Origin: Mizuhopecten yessoensis
Taxonomy: Eukaryota
Assembly: GCF_002113885.1 (NCBI RefSeq)
Contig: NW_018408842.1
Location: forward strand, 240,074 to 304,073
Length of the DNA: 64,000 nucleotides
Reading direction: 5' to 3'
Part shown: positions 50,780-64,000 of the stretch, piece after piece
How the letters are laid out: every line of letters begins with the position of its first letter
Position numbering within the stretch: the first letter of the stretch is position 1
Made by a program: the position numbers and the translations under genes
Notes under the pieces: generated by a model
Told to the model about the DNA's origin: nothing
The model's database searches: none
What the model saw: the letters and a program-made list of their open reading frames with translations, nothing else

Positions 50780-52215
50780 AGGCCAACGCCATGTCTCCCA
50801 GGACATATATCAAGATAGAACAGAGGAGTGAGAGAGGCCGAGGTCACGCCTGCAATATATAGGTCAATACAGATAGACCAGAGGAGTGAGAGAGGCCGAG
50901 GTCATGCCTCCAATATATAGGTCAGTCTAGATAGAACAGAGGAGTGAGAGAGGCCGAGGTCACACCACCAATATATAGATCAATCTAGATAGAACAGAGG
51001 AGTGAGAGAGCCCGAGGTCACGCCTCCAATATATAGGTCAATCTAGATAGAACAGAGGAGTGAGAGAGGCCGATGTCACGCCTCCAACATATAAGCTAAT
51101 CCAGATAGAACAGAGGAGTAAGTGAGGCCGAGGTCACGCCTCCAATATATAGGTCAATCCAGCTAGAACAGAGGAGTGAGAGAGAGGCCGACGTCACGCC
51201 TCCAATATATAGGTCAATCCAGCTAGAACAGTCGAGTGAGAGAGGCCGACGTCACGCCTCCAATATATAGGTCAATCTAGAAAGAACAGAGAAGTGACAG
51301 AGGCCGACGTCACGCCTCCAATATATAGGTCAATATAGATAGAACAGAGGAGTGAGAGAGGCCGATGTCACGCCTCCAATATAAAGGTCAATCCAGCTAG
51401 AACAGAGAAGTGAGAGGCCACGCCTCCAATATATAGGTCAATCTAGATAGAACAGAGGAGTGAGAGAGGCCGAGGTCACGCCTCCAATATATAGGTCAAT
51501 CTAGAAAGAACAGAGAAGTGAGAGAGGCGGACGTCACGCCTCCAACATATAGGTCAATCTAGATAGAACAGAAGAGTGAGAGAGGCCGACGTCACGCCTC
51601 CAATATATAGGTCAATCCAGAAAGAACAGAGAAGTGAGAGAGGCGGACGTCACGCCTCCAATATATAGGTCAATCAAGATAGAACAGAGGAGTGAGAGAG
51701 CCCGAGGTCACGCCTCCAATATATAGGTAAATCTAGAAAGAACAGAGAAGTGAGAGAGGCCGACGTCACGCCTCCAATATATAGGTCAATCAAGCTAGAA
51801 CAGAGGAGTGAGAAAGGCCGACGTCACGCCTCCAACATATAAGCTAATCCAGATAGAACAGAGGAGTAAGTGAGGCCGCGGTCACGCCTCCAATATATAG
51901 GTCAATCCAGCTAGAACAGAGAAGTGAGAGGCCACGCCTCCAATATATAGGTCAATCTAGATAGAACAGAGGAGTGAGAGAGGCCGATGTCACGCCTCCA
52001 ATATAAAGGTCAATCCAGCTAGAACAGAGAAGTGAGAGGCCACGCCTCCAATATGTAGGTTAATCCTGATAGAACAGAGGAGTGAGGCCGCGGTCACGCC
52101 TCCAATATATAGGTCAATCTAGAATTAACTGAGGAGTGAGTGAGTCCGAGGTCACGCCTCCAATATATAGGTCAATCTAAATAGAACAGAGGGGTAAGAG
52201 AGACCAAGGTCATGT
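50780..52215. repeat. 58-bp tandem satellite, about 24 copies, with some shorter deletion variants
   Basis: Unit AGAACAGAGGAGTGAGAGAGGCCGAGGTCACGCCTCCAATATATAGGTCAATCTAGAT; an orphan diverged copy at about 52518-52570. Confidence 0.96.
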
Positions 52216-52819
52216 CTATATTCGGTATGGATATTTATGTGTACACAGTAGGTGATTAATTGATTACAGTTTACTCCTACAAAGGTACATACACATTTAT
52301 TTTCTTCTAATGAAGTAACTGGCGGATGACGACGCTCGGGATCGGTGTTTTCAAACGGTTTATCTGTATTTCGAAGTTTAATCCTTTAATGATGACAATA
52401 AAAATACTTTGTACCACACATGAGATTCGGATGCATAGCGAAATCAAACCCTCGCGAAAATGTACTGAATACGAAACCGCGAAATATTGACCCAGCGAAT
52501 TTAAAGCGTTATACAGTATATAGGTCAAACAAAATACAACACAGGAGTGAGAGAGGTCAATGCCACGTCTATGGTGGGCGTGTATGGACCAATCCTGGTA
52601 GCACAGTGTGATGAGGGATGATAAGGTTACGTCTCAAAAGGACAATGTATTGGCCAATTAGTACCACATGGCTCTTTCTACCACGTTCGGTCTCACTAGT
52701 CCTGACTGCCAATTGAGTGGTGATAAAATATTAAAGCACAATGGAATCAAATTGTGATTACAATCACTTACATCCGCTACTTTACAATGCTCTGAGCACA
52801 TGTCATTCCTAGCTACATA

Positions 52820-53413
52820 CAATGTATCTTTTACCGATACGCTCTCGTACTTTGGAGACTCATCCTTTACAACAGCGGTCAAAGGAAACAAGAAATAATG
52901 ATTGGTATGAGCTGTATGATTATATTGACCACCTGGAGAGCGAAGTAAATGATGTCGCACAGTATACTAGGAAAAACAATGTCAACATGTTTGGTTTGTC
53001 CGAAAAACAACGAAAACAGTGTGGAAGAGGTATCCAATCTATAGCAGAACTCACTAAAACTGGAAAATGTCACCATCGAAGTTGCCCATCGCCTGGGACG
53101 TCCTCGTACAATGGCCCATGCAGTTTTTCCTACCAAGCCACGTCCAATCATCGTCCATGTATTAAAATGCAACGATAAAATGGACATAATGCGGAACAGG
53201 AAAAAATTAAAAAGGAAACCCATTAGTATCCATGTGGACCTTACCATCAGGAACCAGTCATTGCTTCAAGAGGCACGTGATCACCAAGTCATCATTGAAG
53301 CATGGGCATGCAACGCCAATATTTTTGCTTCCGACATCAGAGGTCGAACTCACCAAATACGCTGTGCCACTGATATAGATGCTGTCTTCAAGCGTGGTAA
53401 CAACGTTAAGTAA
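52820..53413 (+). mobile_element. LINE ORF1 remnant (coiled-coil plus L1-ORF1-like RRM/CTD), frameshifted
   Basis: LESEVNDVAQYTRKNNVNMFGLSE, IEVAHRLG, KPRPIIVH, RKKLKRKPISIHVDLT, EAWACNANIF. Confidence 0.8.
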
Positions 53414-55199
53414 CCTACGTGACTCTCCAATACATTCACATTAATACAAGTGATAATGTGTCTGTGTTGCTTAACGGACAATGATTCTGGTACTATTTAC
53501 ATGTCAGAGGTTTATCTTGCTGTAATTGTTTGTTTGTTTTTGTTTTCATTTTTTCAAAAGAATCGGTATGTTTATCATTTTCGTATTGTTAAAAACAGTG
53601 GTTTCCTTATAATGTGATTTATCCTTCATTGTTGTTCATATTCTCCACCGGTTTTTACCACTTGATTCCGTGTGTTTGTCATTTTCATTTGTTTACTACA
53701 GTTCCCTAACATGATCTTAGATCTTCACTTTGTCTTTGGTGTACCGTAAATTTGTTATTATTTTTTTATCTCCTGTCAGTGATATTTTCATACGTTCATT
53801 AAACATATATTATGATACTTTAGAGCAACAATTTGACTCATATTTTCCCGTTTCCACTTTGATCGTAATGATAAAGATGTTAAATCATCGATGTGTCAAA
53901 ACCCAAATACACCACAATGCCATGGTAAATTTGATATGCTTCCTATTAACTCACTGTTAGTACGATAGAACTCATGTTTAACACGTTACAAGGTATTACC
54001 AAACGTTACCATGCAGTTGTATCCTTTTTGGAATGTTTACACCACTAGATTTTACTTTTTTCTAGTTTACTGTACAATAAATACACATATGCATTTTCAC
54101 AGTTTAAATTTTTCTACTGCCACTTTAGCTTTAGCCATTAAATATTGTGTTTGTCTTGATTTTGACATTTTGCTAAATAGCAATGCATATGCACATACAA
54201 AAAAAATGAAAGCTCCATTCATACTCCACTAGCACTACATGCCACGTATGTATTTACCATGGTGTTTATAATCTTATGATTCTCCCTTTCTTAATGCTTA
54301 CCATAGTCGTTCGGTTGGGATATGGCCTCAGATAATATACTCTATTTTTCACGGTTTACAATCTAAAGTTGTGGCTATACACTTATTCTCTAACCAGGTC
54401 ATATATTCCATTTATGGTATTAAGCATGGTAAGTTAAAATGAGACTTGATAGCTTCATTGTTGTACAAAGTTGCCACCATTTTAACCACTTCAAATGACT
54501 TCGCGTAGTAACATTCTCCATGCAATTCGAGTCTTTTGCAGTTTACTACACAAATATGACTTTAATTGATATGCTTCCTATGCAGATATGTATCATGTGT
54601 CACATGCTTATCAAGTTGTAAATGTTTTTATGTTGATTCTGTGTGTTTACCATTTTTAATTGTTTACCTCAATGGTTCCCTAACGTGATCTTAGATCTCC
54701 ATTTTGTTTTTGGTGTACCGAAAATCCTTTTTCTTGTATCTCCTAGTAATGATATTTGTATACGTTCATTCAAAGCACAATATGACACTTTAGAGTAATA
54801 TTTTGGTACACTTTTTTCAGTATCCACCTCGATCGTAATTATAGTGATGTGAAATCCTCGATGTGTCTAGGCTCACTTACAGCATATAATGTAACAAATT
54901 GATTCACTATAATGGTGGTAGACATTGTCGTATATCTTAAATTGTATAAATTGTAATTCTGGGATTACAAGTTTTGAGCTCAGTCCTGTAAAACAACCCG
55001 CCCTTTTCATTCTATTTCTTCCCTCCTTTCCCTCTCCCTTACTTCTTGTTCTCTACCTGTTTTCCAACCCTAATGATTTATGTTAGCCACTATTGCTGTT
55101 CAATTGGTATTTGGAATTCATTAGTTAATAATGATATCCATCATCACAAGCATACATCCTCAAGTAGCGCAGCCGTCAAGTGTTCAGTCCACAATCCTC

Positions 55200-58100
55200 C
55201 AGTTTGTACTCGATTTGAGCCAAGTATAATTCTTACATACATTTTCTTTATGTTTCTTGTTTTGATAATAAGTGGTGATGTTCACCCTGATCCTGCTCCA
55301 GACAGGAACAACCTTTCCATATGTCGTATCAATGCTAAAAGACTTCTGTTAAATTTAAAGGAATGCACTTATCATAGAGCAAAACTTGATGAAATTGAAA
55401 GTGTGCTAATTAACAACTCAAACTTTGACATCATAGCTATCACTGAACCCCAAACATAGAGAACTCTGTACTAAAACAGACAAGGGAGAGGGAGGTGTTG
55501 CTATTTACATACGTGATTCTTTCTCGTGTAGACGTAGATTTGGCCTTGAATGAAATGAATTTGAAAGTGTGTTTTAAGAGCTATCACAGCATCCTCATAA
55601 ACTATTTATCGGAACAATATATAGGCCACCAAATCAAACTTTAGAAACTAGAAAGTCTTTCCTAAATTACTTAACTAAAAATCTTGACAAAATGCGGCAC
55701 TATCATCCAGACTCCTTTATCTTGTTAGGAGACTTTAATGATCGATGTTAAGAATGGAATAACTCACACGTAAATAGTGAACTAGGTTTAAGTGTATGCA
55801 ATACATCGCTTCAAAACAATTTGTACCAACTTATTACGGAGCCCACACGTTATACTGAAAATACTTCAAACGTCTTGGACCTTATTTTTACTGATAACCT
55901 TAACCTTGTCATTAACAGTGGTGTAAGTGACCCCTTGTCCAATCGAGATCACAATACAATGTTCGTTGAATTAAATTTCAAAACCCATAAAAAACAATCA
56001 TATCTAAGAGAAATCTGGGATTATAAATCAACAGACATTCTAAACCTAAATAATACCCTCTAAAATGCCCACTTAGATACTGTTCTAAATGTCTTTGACG
56101 ACCTACATGACGTATTTGATAATGCCACCCAATTCATAATGAATACATGTAGAACTTTCATACAAATTAAAATAGTCACTATCCGACCCCGTGATAAGCC
56201 GTGGATGACAAATGAAGTATGACAGTATTTTAGACGTAGAAATAGGGCTTTTCAGCGTTTTCAAAGAACCAAACGTGATATGGGCAGATTCAATTTTTTT
56301 CTCTCTCATGTAGGGAGGTTAACCGTGCTAAGAAAAATGCAATTAAACTTTACAACGAATATATTTTAAACAAACTGAGTACCAGCAATTCTAACAGCAA
56401 GCAATTTTGGTCGATATCTAAAGCTGTAATGGGAAATAAATCTGATACGGTGATGCCCCCACAATAACGAACAAATTTCTGATGCCACCAACAACTACGA
56501 TAAACAATACTCTTGACCATATACAGACAACTCCCGACAAGGTACGGAAATTATTTCAGTCTGATAATGTCGAAAAATCAATAGGCCCTGATGGATTGAG
56601 TAATTCCATTCATAAATATTGTGCTAAACCGGGCTACTATATTTATTAGATTAGTAGAAAGAGGTGTCTTCCCTACTTCTTGGAAAAAAATCTCAGGTTT
56701 GTCCTGTATATAAAACAGGATGTAAAAAACAACTACAGACCCATATCACTACTGTCTAATACATCAACATGTCGTGAAAAAATAGTGTATAAACATATAT
56801 GACTTTTGTAAAGAGCATGATATTTTAAGAGAGGAAAATTCTGGTTTAAAAAAATGATTCTACTAACAATTATGTTGTTAAAATAGTACATACAGTTTAT
56901 CAGACAATAGAGAAGACATTTCTTCAATTTCTTTAGGTGTATCAGAGGCTTTTGACAAGGTATGGCACCATGGGTTGCTGTATTAGCTCCAAAGTATAGG
57001 TATAGATGGAGTTCTACTTAATTTGATCTCAAGTTACTTAAATAATAGACAACAGTTCGTCGTTCGCAATGGTAAAGCCTCCAATCCTTTGTATACAAAT
57101 GATGGGGTTACACAGGGTTCTATCTTAGGTCCTCTTTTCTTTCTAATTTACATAAATGATATTAACCATAACTTACAATGTGATATAAGCCTCTTTGCTG
57201 ATGACACAACTCTCTCTAAAGAACCTCTGTAACAATGCTTAACAATGACCTACAAAAATTATCTTGATGGGCAAACAAATGGCTAGTTAGTTACAATCCA
57301 AACAAAACAGAACTTGTATTTTTTTCTAAGAAACCAAACATAATAACGTTTACTATCAAACTACATACTATAGTTGTAAAGCGGGTTTCTACAGACAACC
57401 ATCTTGGTTTAAAACTCTGTAAAAGCTTAACATGGACATCTCATATCTCTGATCTAGTTACAAAAGCAAACAAAATTCTTAATATTTACCTTACTTTATG
57501 TTATATTATTCCTCAATTGCGTGTAATAAACCTTTGTATAAATCTATTGTTCGATCAACATTAAAATATAGTGATATTTTATTTGATAGTTGTACACAGG
57601 CAGAATCAGATCTTTTAGAACGAGTTCAGCGTAGAGTTGTACCGGTGCGTAAAAAGTAACTAAATATTTTAAATTACTATCTGAATTGGGATGGGAAACA
57701 CTTAAGGATCGCAGAAGACATCATAGTCTTACCCTTTTGTACAAAATAAAATACAATCTCTGTCCTCCATACCTTCATGAACCAACAACTATAATTTTAG
57801 AAATACGAACACAATCCTTCCCATAGCTACTAAAAAATCATTTTTCTGTCAGTCCTTTTTTCCTAAGACAATCAGAGATTGGAAAAACTACCAGAACAAA
57901 TTCAAAAATCAGGAAGCTTACAACGTTTTTGAAATTCTCTACAATCTTCAGATACTAAGCGAAATCCCACCTTTTCATATGGCCATGACAAACATAAAAT
58001 AAATCATGCACGAATAAGAATGGGACTAAGTGCTCTTAACAAACACAGATTTTCATACAATCTAACACCCAATAAGTTTTGTGATAACTGTTTAAATTTT

Positions 58101-58310
58101 ATTGAAGACGAAAAGCATTTTCTTCTTCACTGTCCAAAATACCAAAATGTCAGACATACCCTTTTACAAACCGTATCTAGAATTATATCACCAGACACTG
58201 TGCTTAATTTAATATCTGATCAGCTCCGTACACTACTTATTATCGGGTAAAACTCTCTTGACCAACAAACCAATACCCTAAGTTTTCATTCTGTCTATAA
58301 ATGTATTGAG
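55200..58310 (+). mobile_element. Decayed LINE ORF2 (APE endonuclease, RT, C-terminal CCHC), CR1/L2/Crack group
   Basis: SGDVHPDPAP, DIIAITE, GGVAIY, IYRPP, LLGDFN, QLITEPTR, LDLIFT, GPDG, AFDKVWH, GVTQGSILGPLFFLIYINDI, LFADDT, CDNC...HFLLHC; many stops and frameshifts. Confidence 0.93.
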
Positions 58311-58339
58311 GGAAGTAATAGATTCAAGAAGACTCTCAG

Positions 58340-58514
58340 TATGTCTGTCTGTCTCTTTCTCCCCCTCCCTCTGCCTCCCTCTTTCTCTCTGTCTCTCCCT
58401 CTCTCCTTCGCTATCTCTCTGTCTGTCTGCCTTTTACTCCCCCTCTCTCTGTCTCTCTCCATCTCTGTGTCTGTCTCTGTCTTTCTTCCTTCTCATTGTT
58501 CTCCGTGTCTTTGT

Positions 58515-58560
<46 letters not shown>

Positions 58561-58620
58561 ATGTGTGTGTGTGTGTGTATATGTGTAGGTGTGTGTGTAT
58601 ATGTGTAGGTGTGTGTGTGT
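58340..58620. repeat. Compound (CT)n/(GT)n microsatellite in the LINE 3' UTR
   Basis: Directly visible; LINE-like 3' end with AATAAA at about 58775. Confidence 0.95.
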
Positions 58621-60089
58621 CATGAAGTGGTGCGAATGACCAGTGTAAATGTTCATTCATTTCCTGTTTTTTGTACTGTATGTTAATAATGTAAATGTTG
58701 GTACGTGCACTTGTTTGTTAAATGTGAGGAAAGCGACTAGTAGCCCCTGGACTGTTCGTAATCCTCGTTAAACAAATAAAGAATTATATTATTCTTTAAC
58801 AGCGGTCTCGTGCTGTGTCTGTAACATTATGTTTTTCAGTTAATATGTCGAGCGATGTTGCCATTAAGGATCATGGACTATATTTCAGAGCTGTTTTTGT
58901 TGTGTTAAAACTAACTTGCATTTCAGTCAAATTAAATGAATTATCACATTGTAAATTGTTTTAAAGTTTATAAAATACACTAACAATGTATGAACTATGA
59001 AAACGATGACTATTAAAAGGAAGGAAGTGTGTTTGGCTCCTTAAACATTCTTTTCTTTTTACTGATTGAACTGTTAATCTAAACAACCAAATTAATGTAA
59101 ATATTTATCAATATTTTACAATTTGTCGATTCCTGACAAATGGTACTTATATCTAGAGACATATCTCGTTATTCGGGGTTTGTGCTCATCATAAGACCTT
59201 ATAATGGGAAATCAATTTCCTCTTTTTGATTTCGAAACACGCACTGTCCGACAAACTGATAGCCAACAGCGCCTGACCAGATGATGGCCACACCAAGATT
59301 GTCTATTGCCACAAACGACATCAAACACATCCGCGTACATATTTCCTTTAATGATAATACCGAAGTGGAATTTACCATGGTATATTCATTATTTATAAAG
59401 ATAGAAATCTAATTTCCTTTGATAAATGACCCAAACGAGTCTGTTTATCTTCGTCAAGCGAGCGCAATGTCCTTCTATCTACTTTATTATCCTCGGTAAT
59501 CACTCTAGATGTTAATGACTTCGGGACTTGCCCATACAGTACAGTGTGTGCATTGCTTTGGTTAGTGTGATACATGAGAGTTCATACCATAACGATTGGT
59601 TCGCTTTATTGGTGTGGGTTGAATGTTATTTACCGTACGGGCAAATATAGAGGTGGATTAAATTGACTTCATATATTTAACAAAATTAGAATGTAATAAA
59701 TATGACAATAAGTACACAAAATAGATATAAGATGCTCTGTACAGAATATGTGTAAACACTCATCATAAACGTCATTACCGAAGAGTAAATAAAAGGATAG
59801 TTAAAGCCTAATCTCTATTGAACTAGAGCAAAATATGTACATAGACAAGATTTATATGGAGACCATTGGAAAAAAATCAAGGATAATAAGACAAGGTGTT
59901 TCGGAAGGGTAAGCGTCGTTTTGGTCCTCGGCGACACCCGCCATGTTACATGTCATCGTGGACCAAACCAAGCCTTCAACAGTAAGGGACCATAGAAACA
60001 AACTCTGGATTTGATGGAAAAGCGTGCAATCGATGGTTATACTTCAAGCAATCATCGCTTGTCGGCGGATTTGTGAGTGAAACAGGATG

Positions 60090-60255
60090 GGAGAAAAACA
60101 ATCATCCCCTGCCTTAGAGGTGTGTCAGGGAAATCTCAAACCCTTGGCATGAATGTCTTACCCCCGGCAAAGCCTCGAGTAAGACAATCAAAAATATCAT
60201 CCCTCAGGTTGGATAATTCACTGTCAAACACTTAAGTTATGGTAAGATTCTATTA
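60090..60255. mobile_element. Degenerate Crypton-type hairpin with a CGGCAAAGCCTCG loop
   Basis: TGTCTTAC.C-CCGGCAAAGCCTC-GAGTAAGACA core with decayed outer arms similar to the 21060-21230 module. Confidence 0.55.
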
Positions 60256-60708
60256 GTCAGTAACAATAAGATCTGCAAATATTGCTGTCAGTTTTAGTGG
60301 AAAATCTTGCCATCGAACTCAACAATTCTATCATGATTTCTTTCTAAGTGTATTGCAATTTGGTCTGTCTTGCGTTTGTTATAAATGATATGTTTGCCAC
60401 ACATATTTTATAACCACATACTTATTTAAATCGATGTTTGTTTTCCTTGAAAAACGGATGCTTCACGACACACACCTAAGTGTGAAAACAACCGTGGCTT
60501 AAACTCAGGGTGACGAGCTAGCTGAATTATAAAGACATTATGTTTTACATGAAGTTCGTTTAATGATATATGAAAAGAATGAAAAGGCGTCAACGACACC
60601 TTTTATGGAATTCTTGTTAAATCAACATAAAGTCACACATTCTGAAACAAGTTCCTGACGACGCATCCGCAAGGCATCATAGTGAGCATAAGCATTACAC
60701 ATATGTCC

Positions 60709-60885
60709 ATTCCGTCTTTGCGTATTGCAGAGTTATCTTCTCTTGGGAGCCGGGATTGATTGTTACGTCACTTGTTTGTGAGAATAACGTCATCAATTTT
60801 TGAGAAAACGACGTAATTTTCTCACACAGACCAATCAATACCTGCTCCCAAGAGAAGATAACTCTGCAATACGCAATGACGGAAT
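60709..60885. mobile_element. Palindromic MITE, copy 2 (same family as 21714-21901)
   Basis: Same TIR ATTCCGTCTTTGCGTATTGCAGAGTTATCTTCTCTTG; 11 bp shorter through a deletion between CAAT microhomologies. Confidence 0.9.
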
Positions 60886-63205
60886 ATACCCATCAAGTAA
60901 ACAAAACAAAAGAATATATATTTGAGATCTTGTTGACGACCATAAAACTGCCGTTCATAGTCTCTATCAAATTACCCTTGTGTCGACAACTTAATAAACA
61001 CTAGTATTAAAAAGTTTCCTTCATATTGTGAATATGTTGAATGATGTAGCTGCATCAGTCGAAATTTGAATGGAAAACACTTTCTGGATAACCCTGAGTT
61101 TCCAATATAAACAATATTTATTTCAATTAAATGTCATTGTATACGACCATCCTCTTGCTAAATGTAAAGTTGGTATATCAGACGTGTGTGTCAAAACCTG
61201 GCAAAGACATCGTTGAACAACCATTATTTTCTAAAGTTGATTCAGTCAAATCTTATGGCATGTCTATACTACATGTATATACCAACATTTCTCTTGAATC
61301 TTTTCTGGTTCTTGTGTCTTATAATATCAAACGCAAATATAAATAGCACTTTCTTGTCAATAGAAATGAAACAAATTTCGTCAGTCAACCACAACTTCTC
61401 ACAAAAATATGCACACTATTTACCGCTTGATAAAGTTTGTTTTTGTTGTAAAGTAAACGATTTATGCCATCTTTTTAATGCAATGTATAGCAATTCTACG
61501 TTTAACTACAGATTTGTGCCAGTATTTGAGTCCCTAGTAAGACGTGCTAAACAATGAAACACAGGTAGCTCTATACGGTCAAGGACAGTCTGTAATAAAT
61601 ATTGCGAGTGACTATCGTGTTAAATCATAGGACAAAACACACATCTATAGATAGCTTTATCTCGGGATTAACTATATATGCTAAAATATATAGATCCAGT
61701 CAATGCGTTCAAAAGGTGCCGGGTTAAAAGACCTCGCACAGACGTATATGAGAGAATATATTGAATATTTGTTTAGGTCTCAATCACATGTCATATCACA
61801 GACCGATAATCAATCATATTATACAATTGTAATATAAGTATAAAGTTTGATCGTTCAAATCAAATCATAAATGCGAAATATGGTATTCTCCACATGTATT
61901 CAATTGATGTGTTCCAATATTTAAACACGTTAGGTAAAAAAAGAAAATTTACCACAATGTCAGCAATTACAAAATGCTTACTCTGACCAAGTACGAAATA
62001 AAACATTTTCAGGAACTATGGAGACATGAAAACGTTGATAGTCTGATGCTGTCATCGCCTTAAAATAATTGACTAGACAAAGCCATTGTTTAGATTTATC
62101 GTAAAGTTCTATCGACATTTTGTCGCCCACACATACTGATATGGACCCAAGTTGGGGACGAGATGTCTATGTGAAGACGACATGAGCTGGTATTTCGGTT
62201 GAGATGGAGCCACTTATGATAGAAACTGGACATACGACAGACAACAGACCCTTACATTGACTTTTCGCGATTCGTCATGTTTCCTATCCACACCTACAAC
62301 GTTATGCTAACTGGGTGTCGGCATGTACATTTATCCCTCATCTCTAGGTTATTCATGTTAACGCTGACTTGCTTATTTTTGTTGTGTTTCACCTCATTCC
62401 CTTTTTGTTACAATTCGCATTGGCTTTTTGTTTATGGGGTTTTGTTTTCAGGCACTCTGGGATCACCTGCAATTTCTGACAAGTTTATTTCAGCTTGGGT
62501 AATCGATAATCACACTTGATGATGTGTTTCGTGTTAGTTGTACAACATAATGCTACAAGGGTGCAAGGTCATTATCACATTTTTTATAACAGGTGCGAGT
62601 TAGATTGTAACAAATTCGCAAAAAGCATTAAGTTTGTCTTTTAATGACTCTACTCCTGGTTTAATTGTGCCTTTTTTAAATGATTACAATCAAACACATG
62701 TTTTATTAACAAAAGATGAGAAAATATTTTGTGGAGACAACCAAAGTGTGGACAAACCCTTCATTCGAAGTAAGGTTTAGAAGACGGACCGAACTTTATT
62801 AAAAAGTACAAAATAAATACTCTAGTTGTACAAGACGGTAAGACCCCTCCTCTTCAACGACGAAAGTGTACTGCTTTATCAATGAAACGCGACTATTCTG
62901 TTTAATCTAGACGACAATAAAAGCTTTATAGTTCTGTATAACCATAATGTCAATCTGTTGTTAGAACCTAAAGATGATTTACTATTAACAAACTAAATGT
63001 CAATAGAAAGTTTGCTTTTTGAATAAACAGGGCGTTGGTAGAAAAATTGCTAAATCAGACAGCAGGCGCTGACATTTGGACGCACTATAAAATACAGACT
63101 ACAACACTGAATATTTACACAATGTCGACTTACGTCTCATACAAATATAATGTTTTTTGTCAAATTTTCTTCTATATTATTGCACGTGACGCGGGCTAAA
63201 GTCTG

Positions 63206-63705
63206 TTAAGGTGGGTCCATCATTTTGGAAAAACCCATGTCATTTTTTTCTAATTAGGCTTATTTTCTTGCATGTTTTACGTAGATTCCATATATGAAAA
63301 GAAAAAAGGGGGTTCTCGACTTACTTGTTGAAATATATCAGCAGTAAGGTAGCTACTTTTCTGCAAATTTCCCCCAAAATATGAAAATTAAGTAAAAATT
63401 TGTTTTCTATAATATTTGCAAAATTTGAGTTACCACAAAGTTGAATATTTTTTACACATCTCGTGATGTACTATCAAAAGTAGAAATAAAACAAAAATGA
63501 TTATATTTGGTATATTTATGCATTTTTCATGGCCATCTATTCTCTTCAAAATGTAATTTTAACAAATTTACATCAAACGAATGCATTAAAAACAAGCAAA
63601 AATGCGATCAAAACCCATGTCAATTTTATAAAACTTTTACAGAAGACAGCCAAGTATATATGATTTTCGGTAAGCATAAAAAAATGTGGGGTTCCCTGTG
63701 AAAAG
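63206..63705 (+). mobile_element. Possible truncated Kolobok-type non-autonomous transposon end
   Basis: TTAA|GGTGG start and an AAAAAAGGGGGT subterminal motif; no partner TIR seen. Confidence 0.35.
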
Positions 63706-63819
63706 TTTGCAATTTCGCTCACTTGAAGTTAGAACGCACTATAAAGTCGGCATCAGTTCCGCGCTATCACAAGGAGACAAACACGAACATATCGCAGCCT
63801 CCCAAAATACACACACATA

Positions 63820-63915
63820 CACTACACGCATGCATCTTGCACACAGGGGAGGCCGTCCTTAAATGACCTTAGCTGTTAATAGGACGTTAAACAAAATCAA
63901 ACAAACAAACAAACN
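63820..63915 (+). mobile_element. SINE 3' tail (bivalve CORE-SINE-like)
   Basis: GGGAGGCCGTCCTTAAATGACCTTAGCTGTTAATAGGACGTTAAAC followed by (AAAC)n. Confidence 0.65.
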
Positions 63916-64000
63916 ACAAATATTTGCTACCATTACCTTGTCTACATCTAATTATTGCTGTATATTCATCGTAAAATAGACAATAGTACGAGCGGAATAT

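Noticed and set aside
58306-58656. Cys/Val-rich and His/Thr-rich ORFs
   Set aside because: Translations of (CT)n/(GT)n microsatellites.
59140-59945. Penelope-like RT traces and a GGTGTTTCGGAAGGGTAAGC repeat motif
   Set aside because: Too short and degenerate to assign without a search.

Overview
AT-rich eukaryotic DNA with GT-AG introns, satellites and N gaps. The repeat families (HINE, Crypton-type hairpins, RTE-X/CR1/Crack-like LINEs, a SINE tail ending in (AAAC)n) and the TLR type point to a mollusc, probably a bivalve; this is inference. Host genes: (1) two minus-strand exons at 1320-1934 encoding a divergent death-effector-domain (DED)-like N-terminus that runs off the left edge; (2) an isolated, apparently degenerate EGF-like exon at 10061-10172; (3) a three-exon gene missed by the ORF track (14688-18184) for a 75-aa secreted, acidic, Trp-rich peptide with one C-x11-C pair; (4) an intronless single-cysteine-cluster Toll-like receptor (23757-26427, minus), split by one extra base in a T7 run and lacking the BB-loop proline. 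Together these suggest an innate-immunity neighbourhood. The rest is eight tandem-repeat arrays, one of them a perfect 71 x 36 bp array next to an N that is probably an assembly artefact, plus decayed mobile elements: a Crypton tyrosine-recombinase remnant with hairpins sharing a loop motif, MITEs, a HINE, an LTR-like unit inside a CR1, and a nearly full-length decayed LINE with a 2A-like motif. All calls are by eye; no database searches were run.
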